Shown: piece after piece, positions 44,775-55,900 of the stretch | Layout: every line of letters starts with the position of its first letter | Numbering within the stretch: position 1 is the first letter of the stretch | Virus record (IMG/VR): IMGVR_UViG_3300027917_000003 | Coordinates: 1-61,712 of that record | Strand: one strand, 5' to 3' | DNA: 61,712 nucleotides | Origin: a virus | Taxonomy: Duplodnaviria > Caudoviricetes | Made by a program: the position numbers and the translations under genes | The notes under the pieces: model-generated | Told to the model about the DNA's origin: nothing | Database searches by the model: none | Seen by the model: only the letters and a program-made list of their open reading frames with translations

Positions 44775-47080
44775 CAGTACTTTCCATCTTGCTGGACGCG
44801 GTAGCGGATGTTGCCTATGCGCCAGAACGAGCCGAGGTCATCGCTCTCGACCTTGATCGACACAAGGCGCCCGCGCATTCTCGGCGTAACGAAGGTCGTG
44901 GCCTGCGTCAATGAGAAGGGCCCATAGGCGGTGGGGGTCTGGCCGGGGTAATCTGTGGCGTAGAAGGTCAGACTCACCGTGGCGTTTTGGGCGCCGCCGT
45001 AATAGCCCCACTTCATGTCGGGCCAGACCTGATCGACAAACATCTTCACGTCCGCGTCGCTCAAAGCGAAGTAGCCGGTCTCGAAGCTGGCGTTGATGGG
45101 CTGGCCGTTGGCGTCGGGCGAGGTCTCGTGCTGGTAGATATTGGTGTCCGTACCGGCGCCAATGGGCGGCCCAAGAACGCTCTGATTGATCCACGCCGTA
45201 CGGGCCAGCGAGCCAAAGTCCCACTGGTCGAGCGTGATGTTGTACTTCACATAGGCGTTGATCTCGCCGCCATTGCTATTGGTCGGGTAGTACCAAGCGA
45301 TCTCGTTGAACTGGGAGTTTGCGGCCACGCGGATCTTGTCGAGATTGTCCGTGTCGAGGTCTTGGAAAATGACGTCCCACACGGGGCACTTCACCGTCTC
45401 GACGCCGTTGGGCGACAGCCTGAAGAACTGGCTCTGACCCATCCAGTAGACGATGCCGCCGACCGAAGTCGCCGCCTTGCGGCCAATGAGGCCGCAGCCA
45501 GTGCCAAGCTCGTTGAATTGGTAGACATAGGGCTGGCCGACGTATTGCATGGCCCAGACGCCGAGGTCGGTCCAGATCAGGCCCTGTTGCGGGCCTTGGA
45601 TGCACTGCACAATCCGCGAGCCCTTGGGGATGCGGAAGGACCCGGCCTGATTGGTCGTCTGCGCGATCCAGTCGCCATAATTATCAACGTCGCACCAGCG
45701 CAAGAGGAGCTGGTCCTGAATGCCGTTGAAGGTCGAGCCCCAAGCAATGATTTGCCGCTGAGGCATGGCGACGAAGATGCCGCTGTTGAGTACGGGCGCA
45801 GTCGGGATGATCGTAGCGACCGGATTGTTGGTCGTGGGCGACCACTGATAAATGCCGCCGCCCGAGGCCGTTGCCGTCACCGGCTGGCCCGGAGGGATCA
45901 TCAGGGGACACGACAAGAGGGTCTCGCCCCAGTTGTCGAGCGTCCAGTCCACGACACTAATGGGCGTCCCGGTCCCGGATGAGGGCGGGATGCCGGAGCC
46001 AAAGCCACCGCTCCCGTAGCCGCCGACGCCATAGCCCGAATTGGCCGCGAGGGGGCCAATTCCGTTGTAGTAGACGTATTGGGCGAGGCCGCCGTTTTCT
46101 GACGCCACTTGAACGAAGATCGTGCCTGCCTGCGTTTGCGGGCCGTATGTTCCGGCGGCTATGGCATAGGAGACCGTCCCAGCACCTGACGCCGTGACCG
46201 TAAAGGTTCCGTTAAATACGGCAGGCAAAACATTGGCGACCACAATCGTGCTGCCGACCGGGATCGTGTAGGACGTTGAATAGGTCAGGGTCGCCACGCC
46301 AGCGGCGCCGGTCGCCGACAGAGTCGGCGTTGTGGTCGCTGACGACGCCGCCGAAATTGTGAAGATGTTAGCGGGCGTCGTGGGGTCGAGGGCAGAGATT
46401 GTGTAATTGCCGAAGAGGGTAATTGTCCCGGCAGTCGTGGAGACGAGGATCGGGAACGTATCGCCGACCTGATACCCGTGATTGGCGAGCGTCACGTTGA
46501 CAGTGGAGGCGCCGCTGACAAAAGTGAACGATGGGATGGTCGCGGTCGTCGAAGTTGACGTCGCATAGACCGGGGCACCGAGGGCGTCAACGGCCTGAAT
46601 TTGGAACTGGCTCGTGCTGACAGGCGTGACGGCGTAGACGCCGAAGAGGATCAGGCCACCGACGCTGATCTGCGTCTGGATGTCCACCGTGTCGTAGGCG
46701 TCGAGATTGCTGCCAGACGCCGTGATTGTGACGGTGCTACTGCCGAGAGTGGTCGAGGCGGCGACGGCGACATCCGCCTCGGTCGTCTGAGGCGTAATCG
46801 TCCGAAGGCCGCCCTGCGTGATGACGCTAAGGGACGCCTCGGCGCCGGACGCCAGCCACGCATTGCCGTTGATGTCTTCCCACGCGAGCAGGCAGCGAAC
46901 GATTGAGCCAATTGAGCTGGGATAGAATTGGGTCCAGCCGCCGAGCTTCTGCACCAGCCCCAAACCCTGCCGGTCGGGGATGAACCGGATCAGGTTCGTG
47001 ATCGAGATCGCGGCCTCGTTGAGGGCGAGGGTCCGGTTCTGATCGACGCCGGGAATGAGCTTCAGCGAGCTGTGGGGCAT
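44774..47080 (-). CDS. Tail tubular / head-stabilisation protein (P22 gp10-like)
   Basis: 768 aa beta-rich; LLRWCD...W......AGSFR, PRMRGR, WRIG.R. Confidence 0.7.
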   Translation of the reverse strand: MPHSSLKLIPGVDQNRTLALNEAAISITNLIRFIPDRQGLGLVQKLGGWTQFYPSSIGSIVRCLLAWEDINGNAWLASGAEASLSVITQGGLRTITPQTTEADVAVAASTTLGSSTVTITASGSNLDAYDTVDIQTQISVGGLILFGVYAVTPVSTSQFQIQAVDALGAPVYATSTSTTATIPSFTFVSGASTVNVTLANHGYQVGDTFPILVSTTAGTITLFGNYTISALDPTTPANIFTISAASSATTTPTLSATGAAGVATLTYSTSYTIPVGSTIVVANVLPAVFNGTFTVTASGAGTVSYAIAAGTYGPQTQAGTIFVQVASENGGLAQYVYYNGIGPLAANSGYGVGGYGSGGFGSGIPPSSGTGTPISVVDWTLDNWGETLLSCPLMIPPGQPVTATASGGGIYQWSPTTNNPVATIIPTAPVLNSGIFVAMPQRQIIAWGSTFNGIQDQLLLRWCDVDNYGDWIAQTTNQAGSFRIPKGSRIVQCIQGPQQGLIWTDLGVWAMQYVGQPYVYQFNELGTGCGLIGRKAATSVGGIVYWMGQSQFFRLSPNGVETVKCPVWDVIFQDLDTDNLDKIRVAANSQFNEIAWYYPTNSNGGEINAYVKYNITLDQWDFGSLARTAWINQSVLGPPIGAGTDTNIYQHETSPDANGQPINASFETGYFALSDADVKMFVDQVWPDMKWGYYGGAQNATVSLTFYATDYPGQTPTAYGPFSLTQATTFVTPRMRGRLVSIKVESDDLGSFWRIGNIRYRVQQDGKY

Positions 47081-47083
47081 GGG

Positions 47084-48061
47084 TTAGCCCCTCGATGGCG
47101 TGGCGGCTGTGGCGGGGCCCTGCGACGACCAGCCCGATGACTCGAACTGTTTGCGGGCCTCCTCGACGAGGGCGCTCTTCAGGAGGGCCTGATACTGGCT
47201 CTCGTAGGTCACGGCCATTTGCGGGTCGTCATTGGCGCGGCCAAAGTTGCGCTGGTAGGCGCTGATGTAAATCATCGAGGCCATGATGAAGACGTCGGGC
47301 AGGTAGAGGCTGATGAATGTCGTCGAGGCTCCATTCGCCACCGTGCCAATCGTCGTGGCGGTCGTGGCCGTGATCGGGATCGTGATGGTCGTGGAACCGG
47401 TCACAGTTATCTGGTACGCGCCATTCCAGCCCGAGGGCGAGAAGCCCGCCACCCAGACGGTCTGGCCAGACGTCAGGCCGTGCGCCGAGGCGAAGGTGAT
47501 ATTGCCGCCGGTCGTCGCCGAGGTGACGGCGGGCAGATAGCCCAGCGAGTTCGGACGATAAGTGCCAACGACCTCGACCGGATAGGCCTGATCTGGCACG
47601 GGCCCGACGAAGAAGAGGGTCTCGTTGAAGGGCACGAAATACTTGGGCTGGCCTCGGTTGGCGCTCAAGGACGAGCCATAGACGGCGTCGAGGAACTCTT
47701 TCGTCGTCGGCAAGAGCGGGACGCGGACGCAGGCGTCTGGGTCAGTCGTGGCCGCAGGGTCACCATTGGCGTCCGTCAGGAGATTGATCTGGTCGCTGAC
47801 GACGAATGTGCCCTGCGCCGGGTCCGTGTTCGAGGACAGGTTGATGTTGAAATTGAGGTTCCTGTTGCCGGGCGTCAGGACGAAGCTGGCGCCGTGCAGG
47901 GACGTCGAAGTGAACATGAAGTTGATGTCACGGTACATCCGATTTTCGGCGTAGGTGATCATCTGGGGCAGGATGGCCTGAAAGGCGACGTCGCTGGACG
48001 CCACGACGGCCATCGTGGAGATCTGATCGACGTAGGTGGAGTAGGTAAGGCCAGTGGTCAT
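47084..48061 (-). CDS. Head-tail adaptor-like protein with inserted beta domain
   Basis: ITYAENR..R, G.PKYF, GPVPD..Y; AHGLTSGQTV insert. Confidence 0.6.
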   Translation of the reverse strand: MTTGLTYSTYVDQISTMAVVASSDVAFQAILPQMITYAENRMYRDINFMFTSTSLHGASFVLTPGNRNLNFNINLSSNTDPAQGTFVVSDQINLLTDANGDPAATTDPDACVRVPLLPTTKEFLDAVYGSSLSANRGQPKYFVPFNETLFFVGPVPDQAYPVEVVGTYRPNSLGYLPAVTSATTGGNITFASAHGLTSGQTVWVAGFSPSGWNGAYQITVTGSTTITIPITATTATTIGTVANGASTTFISLYLPDVFIMASMIYISAYQRNFGRANDDPQMAVTYESQYQALLKSALVEEARKQFESSGWSSQGPATAATPSRG

Positions 48062-48091
48062 GGGAGCCCCGCGTTGCCCGATTTATACCAT

Positions 48092-48280
48092 TTATTTCGA
48101 GCCGTGACACCACCCCTCGCGGCGCGCATTGTTTTGCTTGACCTCCGCAATCGTTTGATCGGTGTCCTTTTTGGACCAAGAGACGTCGCGCCAGACGGCG
48201 CAGACGGCGTCGTCATTTGCGCTCATTGGGATCGTCATCGCGCAGCCGCTCAGGGCTAACATCGACAGCACTGCCAGCAT
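48092..48280 (-). CDS. o-spanin (lipoprotein)
   Basis: Lipobox LALSGC; overlaps the i-spanin gene. Confidence 0.7.
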   Translation of the reverse strand: MLAVLSMLALSGCAMTIPMSANDDAVCAVWRDVSWSKKDTDQTIAEVKQNNARREGWCHGSK

Positions 48281-48443
48281 TGATCGCATTTTGAGTTCTC
48301 CTGAGCGCATCGGCCAAGGCGGCGGCCTCAAGTTCGGCCACCGCGTCCTGTTTGATTTTGTGAATGCCAAAGCCGATCAGGGCGAACACGAGAACGGCCA
48401 GAGCGGCGTACCGACCCACGGGCGTGAAGAGAAAACTAAACAC
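48213..48443 (-). CDS. i-spanin
   Basis: GTG start; N-terminal TM then helical domain; follows the endolysin. Confidence 0.7.
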   Translation of the reverse strand: MFSFLFTPVGRYAALAVLVFALIGFGIHKIKQDAVAELEAAALADALRRTQNAINAGSAVDVSPERLRDDDPNERK

Positions 48444-49167
48444 CGTCCCTCTCCATGTTCTTGCTGCGCCAATACCAGATCGCAGCGCCGAGGCAAATGA
48501 TTGTGGCCATGATGAGGAAGTTTGGATTGCGGAGAAGAGTAGCGAATTGAGTTGCCACGTCAGCCGCGTCCTGCGCCTGCGCGACCACCTCCTTAGCCGC
48601 CCCAAGCCCCCCGAGGCCAGCCGTGACCAGCGCCGCATTACCCTGCTTGCTCTCTGCCATTGTTCGAGCAGGAACAGGATCGGGACTGGCGCGTTGTTCT
48701 TGTTCATCCTTCGGAGCATCTGCAATCCACCACGCGCCCTCGGCTTGGCGGCGGCGGACCAAGCCGGGGAGCGATTTTTTCTCGGGGCCACCCTTGGTCC
48801 ACTTCATCAATTCCGCCGGAACGTCATCGAACTGCGCGGCGTTGACCTTCTTGAGGAGGGTCGAAGATTGCAGCGCGCCGACGCCAGCATTGTAGGCAAA
48901 GTCCACAAGGACATCGAACTGGTTCTGAGTGACCGGCTGCTTCAGGAGCGCGGACACGGCCTGTTCAAATTTAATGAGGTCTGAGGCGAGAATTGTGTTG
49001 GCCTGCCCCTGCGTGATCCGCATGCCCTCGGTGACTTCGGGGGCGCCAGCCGCAGACGTGTGTCCGTAGCCAATCGTGAGCACATTCGCCGGGCAACGGT
49101 AGCTCGACAATTTGCAGCCTTCGAATGGCTTGAGGAGGGCGTCGATGCCGCCTTGGCTCATTTTCAT
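48436..49167 (-). CDS. Endolysin (GH24 lysozyme) with C-terminal hydrophobic segments
   Basis: FEG...Y.CPA..TIGYGHT, QNQFD.LV.F.YN.G, GLVRRR.AE. Confidence 0.9.
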   Translation of the reverse strand: MKMSQGGIDALLKPFEGCKLSSYRCPANVLTIGYGHTSAAGAPEVTEGMRITQGQANTILASDLIKFEQAVSALLKQPVTQNQFDVLVDFAYNAGVGALQSSTLLKKVNAAQFDDVPAELMKWTKGGPEKKSLPGLVRRRQAEGAWWIADAPKDEQEQRASPDPVPARTMAESKQGNAALVTAGLGGLGAAKEVVAQAQDAADVATQFATLLRNPNFLIMATIICLGAAIWYWRSKNMERDGV

Positions 49168-49176
49168 GGGAGCGCC

Positions 49177-49407
49177 CTATTTATCTTGTTTCGCGTCCAG
49201 CTTGTCATAGATCCGCTTGAACATGTCCTCAATGTGGTCCATGCGCTTGTCCATGTCGTCTTTGAGGACGTAGGACTTGGGCAGATCGGCCTCAATGCGG
49301 TGAAGGTCTTCCTTCAGCTTTTGGACGGCTTCCCAGAGCTGGCGGCCAAACCAACCGGCGACGGCGAGAGCGGCGCTAAGGGCCAAGTTGATGGTTGACT
49401 GGTCCAT
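49177..49407 (-). CDS. Putative holin / TM coiled-coil protein
   Basis: One N-terminal TM helix; upstream of the endolysin. Confidence 0.55.
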   Translation of the reverse strand: MDQSTINLALSAALAVAGWFGRQLWEAVQKLKEDLHRIEADLPKSYVLKDDMDKRMDHIEDMFKRIYDKLDAKQDK

Positions 49408-49421
49408 AGCGCCGCCACTCC

Positions 49422-49595
49422 TTATTCGGCCTGCACGGGCTCGTCAGCGGCCTTGGGGGCCAGTTGCTCGTCCGCCTGCGCCTTGATGTTGGCGATGATG
49501 TCGGCGACCTCGGCGAACGGGCGCTGCCCGAGCGCAGTCATCACGATATTCCACTGCGCCACAGTCAAGGTAATCGACACGCTGATCTGTTCCAT
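49422..49595 (-). CDS. Small hypothetical protein (57 aa, not in the ORF track)
   Basis: MEQISVSITLTVAQWNIVMTALGQRPFAEV... Confidence 0.6.
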   Translation of the reverse strand: MEQISVSITLTVAQWNIVMTALGQRPFAEVADIIANIKAQADEQLAPKAADEPVQAE

Positions 49596-49596
49596 T

Positions 49597-50055
49597 TTAC
49601 ACCCCTCTGAAGTTTGGATCTGTGGGCCACTTCAGGCCCGTGACGACTGACACGAGAGCCTCGACGTCAGTCGCCTGCGTAATTAGATCCTTGTTCAGGC
49701 CGCAGTCAATGCGGACCTGATCGCGGTACGCAGACCAGTCGGCGGGGATGTCGGCGCCTGTCTCGATCTTGCGCGTCACCATCCAGTCGGACGGGGCGAG
49801 GAGCGTGTAGGCGATCTGATTGACGTTGGTGGTCCAGTTCGCCTTGAGCGTGTCGAGATCCTTTGGATTGCCCGGCCCCCAGTAGAAACGGTCGTCGTAC
49901 CAAGTCTGCGCCTCGTCAACTTCGGTGATGCCGATGGCGAGCTTCTCCTCAAGAGAGGTGAGCCGCAACCAGTTGGCCGGGTACTGAATGTCGCCCGCCG
50001 TGAAGGGCGTGTCGAGCGGGAGCGGTTGGCCGTTGAGCATGAACATGGTCATCAC
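49597..50055 (-). CDS. Tail-fibre assembly chaperone
   Basis: YPANWL, LAPSDW, W.AYR..VR, WP. Confidence 0.7.
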   Translation of the reverse strand: MMTMFMLNGQPLPLDTPFTAGDIQYPANWLRLTSLEEKLAIGITEVDEAQTWYDDRFYWGPGNPKDLDTLKANWTTNVNQIAYTLLAPSDWMVTRKIETGADIPADWSAYRDQVRIDCGLNKDLITQATDVEALVSVVTGLKWPTDPNFRGV

Positions 50056-52925
50056 CGTGCTAGAGCGTATTTGAACGGATTTTCAGCGAAGGCGGCGTAG
50101 ATTTGCGTAGCCCCCGAGCTATTAAGATCAGAGGCTGTTGTGCGCAGTTTGAACCCGTTGGAAAGAAAATCAATAATTCCACCGGAACCACTTTCTGCGT
50201 TTGAAAGATTTGGGTACAAAGTTTCATTCATGACATTGTATGTAGCGCGAGACGAGTCCCAAACATACCAACTTGTTATTGCCGTTCCTTTTACCATCAC
50301 CCAGCGCGGCCTAAAGCCCGTGTAGATGAACGGCCCGTCAGTGCTGCCATTGCCGGTGTAGCTGCCAAATGCGGAGTAGCCACTTATCGGCGTCCAGCAA
50401 TAAGCGACATAAGTAGTCCCGTTCTGATTGCCGCCATTGTTTGATGTGCCGTCAGCAAGAGCCAGTGTGGAAGATGTCAACGATGATTGGCCGCTAAGCA
50501 AGTACGGGTCATTGCTCGCGGAAAGAGCGCCGGTAGTGTTTAAAAACAAGTGATAGGCATAATTTAAGCCCTGCGTGGCATAGGCGGCGACGTACCAATT
50601 TTCAGCGACATTACGTTTCTTGATGATAACGAATTGAGGGAGCGTCGAAAGTCCATGCCCAACACTCGCCCCGGAGGCTCCAGTTCCAGTCCACGTCACC
50701 ACACTAAACCCAGCCGTCGCGTTCACGGACACGGTGCTGGTGATGGTTCCGCTGGTGTTGGTGGACGTTGAACCACCTGCTTTCCACTGCCAAGCAATGT
50801 AAGTGTTGGTGTTGAAGTTAACACCCGCACTTGAACTGAGCGAAAACCCATTCGAATTAAATGCGGTTAGCGTGTTTCCGGCGGTGGCCTCTGCGGCGGT
50901 TGAGTCAGAAATCAAATAATTGGACACGCCACGAACTGCGTCGAAAAGATAATTGCTGGTCGCTGAATTGCGAGCCTTCAACCAAACCAGATCGGGCTGG
51001 AACGACACGGAAGTCGTCGTATTATTGCTGTTGAGGATGCTCTGCGTTGAGCCATTGCCCGTATACGTCGTCGCCGCCATGACCGTCGCGCCATTGGCGA
51101 TGGTGGGCGTCGGGAGGTTGTAGGCATTCAGCGCGACGAAGCCGGTGGGCGGTGTGTACACGAAACCTTGCTGCCCAAAATTAACGTATTGTGTTGTTGT
51201 ATTGGTGCCGCCAGAAGTCCTGAAGCACGGGAGATAAGTCCCCGCATTTGTGATTGTGTAAGTCGCCGATGTGCCGGTCGAGGGGTTGCCAGTGACCCAT
51301 GTGTTGTTAATTCCAAACCAGACCTTGCTATTAGTCAGGTCAACCGCAACTTGCAGCACAACAGGAGACGTAGGAGTTGTTCCCCGCGCAGTAGCTGTCG
51401 CGTTGTTGTAAGTGTATATTGTCGTGCTTCCGCCAATATAAATGCTATAGGAGTCGGCGGATTGGCCGGGGTATGTAGTTAAAGCTACGGTGTCTTTTGA
51501 TATACCAATCTGCGTTGACCCTTGAGTTGAGTCCCAGTTAGAAGTGATTTCCCAGTAAAACTTTCCAGAGGAAAAACCCATTGTGGCGGGTCTTTGCCCG
51601 GTCGATGCTGTTCCAGAAAGAACCAAATTTGCGGCAGAAACAGTACCTGCCGATGTGGGCGCAATGGGGTTCAGAACCGCATAATTCGCCACCGTCGCGC
51701 TGGTCAGCGTCGGCGAGTCCAGCATGGGGTCGTAGGTCGTGCCAGCGGTGGTGCTGATATTGAAAGGATTCCAGTTCTTTTTGTACCCGCCAAGCGCGAC
51801 GGACACTTGCGTAAAGTCCGCGCCAGTGGTGCCGGTGCCGACAACATCAACAAAGAGGACGATATAAGTGGTCGTCGCAGTCGCGACAAACGTGCCCTGC
51901 AAGCCGGTCGGCGCACCGGCCTGCGTTGTCGAAGCAAGAGTGACGGCATTCGTTCCGTTATAGGCGGCGGTATCCGCTTTGATGAGAGATATTGTCCTAG
52001 CTGTTCCGCCTATGCTCGCCGCCGTAAGATATGCCTGCGCATAGTACGTCTGCCCAACGACCGTAGTAATGGCCGTATAAGCACTAACGAGGTTGTTGGT
52101 AGAGTTTGCAACGCGGATGTTATGAGTGGACAGCCAAGTGACCGAAGGGCTACCAGCGCCCGTCGCAGTCCACCCAGTGACGTTGCTGACGAACATGCCG
52201 TTCGACACCAATTCCGGGTTGGTATTGGAGTAGTCGTAGGCGAGCGTCTCGGCGCTGGAAGTGCTGCTAAATGGCAGATAGAAGCCGTTGGTGCCATAGC
52301 TGCCGGTGTAGCGGGCGGGTTGCCAGACGCCATTGGTGCTGTACGCGCCGAAGCTGGAGGGCGTGAGTTGCTGGGCATTGATGACGTTTACTTCGGCAAG
52401 GTAAGCGTCAAGATAGTTGGTTGACGAGGCAGCGTCCTTTCCAATGTAATGCGCGTAGGCGCCGCCTACCGCTCCAGCGTTGAAGGAGTTTGTGTATACA
52501 GTTGTAACGAATGAGGTTATTTGGACCCCATTAACGTACATTTTTACGCCATTTGTGTATGAAGCCTGCGTAAGGTTAATCGCAATAACAATATGATACC
52601 ATGAGGACGGGTCACGGAAGACTTGAGTCGTTACGATATTTTGGCTGTCAGTTCCCCAAATATTGTAAAACCCAAGCCTGTCTGAAGAGTCAAAATAAAT
52701 TTCTTCATAGTATCCCGTCTGATAATAAGCGCCAAAAAGCACTTGAGTTGCGCCAAGCGCGCCACGCTTTACCCAGCCACTCCAAGTCCAAGTTGATTGA
52801 CTGCCACCACTCAAAAACGTCCGACTCAAGTAAGCACTTGCAGACGAGCGAAAGCGCAGCGAGTTGTTGATGTTATAACCGCCGGAGGCTTGCAGGAGCG
52901 GCGTGACTTGGTTCGGGAGGGTCAT
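50052..52925 (-). CDS. Tail fibre with LamG/ConA-like and SPRY-like domains
   Basis: SLRF, TWSGWVKR, RDPSSWYH, SSGKFYWE, NFGQ, FQPDLVW.K.R. Confidence 0.8.
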   Translation of the reverse strand: MTLPNQVTPLLQASGGYNINNSLRFRSSASAYLSRTFLSGGSQSTWTWSGWVKRGALGATQVLFGAYYQTGYYEEIYFDSSDRLGFYNIWGTDSQNIVTTQVFRDPSSWYHIVIAINLTQASYTNGVKMYVNGVQITSFVTTVYTNSFNAGAVGGAYAHYIGKDAASSTNYLDAYLAEVNVINAQQLTPSSFGAYSTNGVWQPARYTGSYGTNGFYLPFSSTSSAETLAYDYSNTNPELVSNGMFVSNVTGWTATGAGSPSVTWLSTHNIRVANSTNNLVSAYTAITTVVGQTYYAQAYLTAASIGGTARTISLIKADTAAYNGTNAVTLASTTQAGAPTGLQGTFVATATTTYIVLFVDVVGTGTTGADFTQVSVALGGYKKNWNPFNISTTAGTTYDPMLDSPTLTSATVANYAVLNPIAPTSAGTVSAANLVLSGTASTGQRPATMGFSSGKFYWEITSNWDSTQGSTQIGISKDTVALTTYPGQSADSYSIYIGGSTTIYTYNNATATARGTTPTSPVVLQVAVDLTNSKVWFGINNTWVTGNPSTGTSATYTITNAGTYLPCFRTSGGTNTTTQYVNFGQQGFVYTPPTGFVALNAYNLPTPTIANGATVMAATTYTGNGSTQSILNSNNTTTSVSFQPDLVWLKARNSATSNYLFDAVRGVSNYLISDSTAAEATAGNTLTAFNSNGFSLSSSAGVNFNTNTYIAWQWKAGGSTSTNTSGTITSTVSVNATAGFSVVTWTGTGASGASVGHGLSTLPQFVIIKKRNVAENWYVAAYATQGLNYAYHLFLNTTGALSASNDPYLLSGQSSLTSSTLALADGTSNNGGNQNGTTYVAYCWTPISGYSAFGSYTGNGSTDGPFIYTGFRPRWVMVKGTAITSWYVWDSSRATYNVMNETLYPNLSNAESGSGGIIDFLSNGFKLRTTASDLNSSGATQIYAAFAENPFKYALAR

Positions 52926-52928
52926 GGG

Positions 52929-55900
52929 TTACCCGATGTTCAGAATGGCGGTGACGGTGATGCTCGTCGAGGTGCGCACCGTGTAGACGAGAGCATCAGT
53001 CGCGCTGGCGGTCGTTGTCAAGGTCGGCGCGGTGCCGCCGGGGAATTTCCAGTAGGCGCCGTAGGCGAGCGTCCTGCTACCCGTGCCGTCCTGCGTGACG
53101 TAGATGATGCCGGACTGGCCGACAGTCATGTTCGTCGGATTGGCGAGCGTCCGGTTGCCACCCAGCGTCACCGAGAAGTTGTTGCCGGTGCTGAAGTCTG
53201 GCGTAATAGTCGTGCCGTCCGTGAGGGCGTAGATGTTGCTGGCCGAGTTGCCGTTGACGTAGAGCTTCGCCGACACGCCTGAAGTGGCGATGTTGAGGTT
53301 GCCGGTTGAGTCAATATTAACGAGGCTATATGTCCCGTTATTATAGGTGCGCAGGGCAAGGGACGAATTTCCTGAAGTGCTTGTTATGGCGTCAATGTAG
53401 CAGAGGCCGCTGGATGTCGGGTAGAGGTAAATTCCGAAGCTATTAGTAGTGCCTGACAGCGCCGTGGTCTGCTTGAGGATTGACAGCGATGCGGGGTTCA
53501 CAGGTGCGCTGGAGCCAATGTTGACGTTGCCGCTGGCGTCGATGCGCATACGTTCTGTTGCGCCGCCACTTAAAAACGCAAGCGCATTTGAAGAGCGAAT
53601 AGCAAAGTCAGAAGCTGTTGCAGTTCCAAGAGAAGAACCTTGCCCAATAAAGCCTGTGTAAGAAGCGTTATTGAATACAGAGTAATTTCCGTAAACTTGA
53701 AACTTTTCAGCAAAAGCTTGTGTCGTTGCCCCCACCAACAAACTGCCGCTGGCGTCGATGCGCATTGCTTCTGACCAAGAGATTGTGCCTCCTGCTGTTC
53801 CAGAAGCAGCGTAAGACCAAATATGCGTCCCGTTGTAGAATTGATACTTAGAAGCGCCGACACTGCTATACAGATATTTGCTTGTGCCTATGGCGCTGAT
53901 CCAAGCATTAGACGCAATTGAAGCATCGCCGCCAACAATGTTTACGCTGGCCGCATTTCCAATGCTGACTTCTAGGCCCTTATATGTTCCAGAAACCCAA
54001 GCTTGCGGAGTAACCCCAATCCCCACGTTGCCGCTGGAGTCGATGCGCATACGTTCGGTAAGAGACCCTGCATTTGGCCTAGTCTGAAAGAAAATTTCGC
54101 CAGCGTCATTGCTTCCAACAGATTGGCTGCGGATAGACGCGTTAACTGTGCCACCAGTTCGCTTAAAATCTACCGCTGCAACATTTCCTGAAGCGGTATT
54201 CCCAGTGATTGTGACAATAGAGTCTCCAGCATTTAAGACTTCTAATTTGCTGCTAGGCGAACCAGTTCCAATCCCCACGTTGCCGGACGTATTGATCGTC
54301 ATCGCGGTCGTAGCGCCAGCGTTGCCAACCTTGAAGAGGATGCTGTCGCTGGTGCCGACGCCGGAAGTGGATTGCAGCGTCAAGGAAGACGAGGCAGCCG
54401 TTCCGCCGTAAACAATCGGCGTCGTCACGGAAGTGGCGAAGGAGGGCGATCCAGAAGTAGCGATGCTGATCGACCCAGCGCCATTGGTGATGGCGATGTT
54501 GGTGCCCTGTGTCAGCGCGGCGAGCGTATAGCCCGCCCCTGCGGTGCTGCCGATCAGGAGCTGGCCGTCAGTCGGGGTCGTGGACAGATTGGTGCCGCCA
54601 TTGGCAATGGGCAGGACGCCGCTCACATGCGTCGTCAGGTCGATCTTGCCCCACGAGGGCGCAACACCGACGCCCCCGGAGATGAGAGCGTTGCCCGTAG
54701 CCACGTCCGCCAGCTTGGACAGGGTCGTCGTGCCCGAAGCGTAGATCAAATCGCCGATGGTGTAAGACGAGATGTTCGTGCCGCCGTTGGCGACGGGGAG
54801 GACGCCCGAGAGGCTCGTGGCGCTCACCTGCGACCATGTGGGGGCCGCAGACGCGCCCGCAGAGGTCAGGACGTAGCCGCTGGTGCCGTAGGTGGCGCCG
54901 CCGATGCCGAGCTGCCCGGACGGCCCAATCCTGAACCGCTCGACCGGGCTAGTCGCACCAAGCGCAGTCGTATGGAACGACATATACGTCCCTTGCGCCG
55001 TGTCGGTGAAGGCCTCCGCCGCCTCCATGTCGATGCGAACGACTGAGTTGCTGGAGAAGCCCGTCGCGCCGTAGCCGCGCCCGGTGACCTCGACGAGGAT
55101 GTCGTCGGTCTGGGAGGCTGTGGGGGCAGCGCCAGTGCCGCGAGCCTGACGGCCCGTGTAGGCGGCGTAGTTGCCCGTTCCGTAGGCGTCCTGCGTGATG
55201 CGGGTGTTGGCCGCATTCGCGCCCATGATGTAGAGGTCAGTGCCCGCAGGCAGGGACGCCGCCGAGGGCACCGCCGCCGTCTGCGTGTTCGACACAATCG
55301 TCATGTTCGCATTGGGAACAGCCGAGTTGATGCCGAGGCGGTTGTTGGTGTCGTCCCAGAACAGGTGCGCATTGTCCTGCGCATAGGTGCCAGACGGCCC
55401 AGCGAAGACCACAGAGCCCGCCGTAAAGGCGGTGGAGGTGCCGGTGCCGCCGTTGGCGACGGGCAGCGTCCCGGTCACGCCAGCGGTCAGGGAGAGTTGC
55501 CCAAAAGACGGATTGGCGCTCGCGCCATTCGAAAGCAGCGCATAACCGCTCGTGCCGGGCGAGGCGAAGGCGACGTTGCCAGTGCCGTTGCCGAGCATGA
55601 CGCCATACTGCGTCAGAGTCGTCAGGCCCGTGCCGCCGAAAGGCACAGTGACCGTGTTGAGGCTGATGACAGAGCCGACCTTGTTCAGGGGCGCGGTGAC
55701 CGTGACGCTGGACGAGGACGAGGTCTGCGCCCAAGTGAGGGCCGTGGACCCCACCGTGATGGTGCCGGTGGTGGTCATCACCCAGCCGGTCGAGGCGTTT
55801 ACCGAGCCGCTAGTGACAAAAGTAGCCGCGCCCGTCTCAATGTAATTGGGTCCGGTGCCGACCGTGTTGAAGTCGGCGGCGCGGGTCAATTGCCAATTTG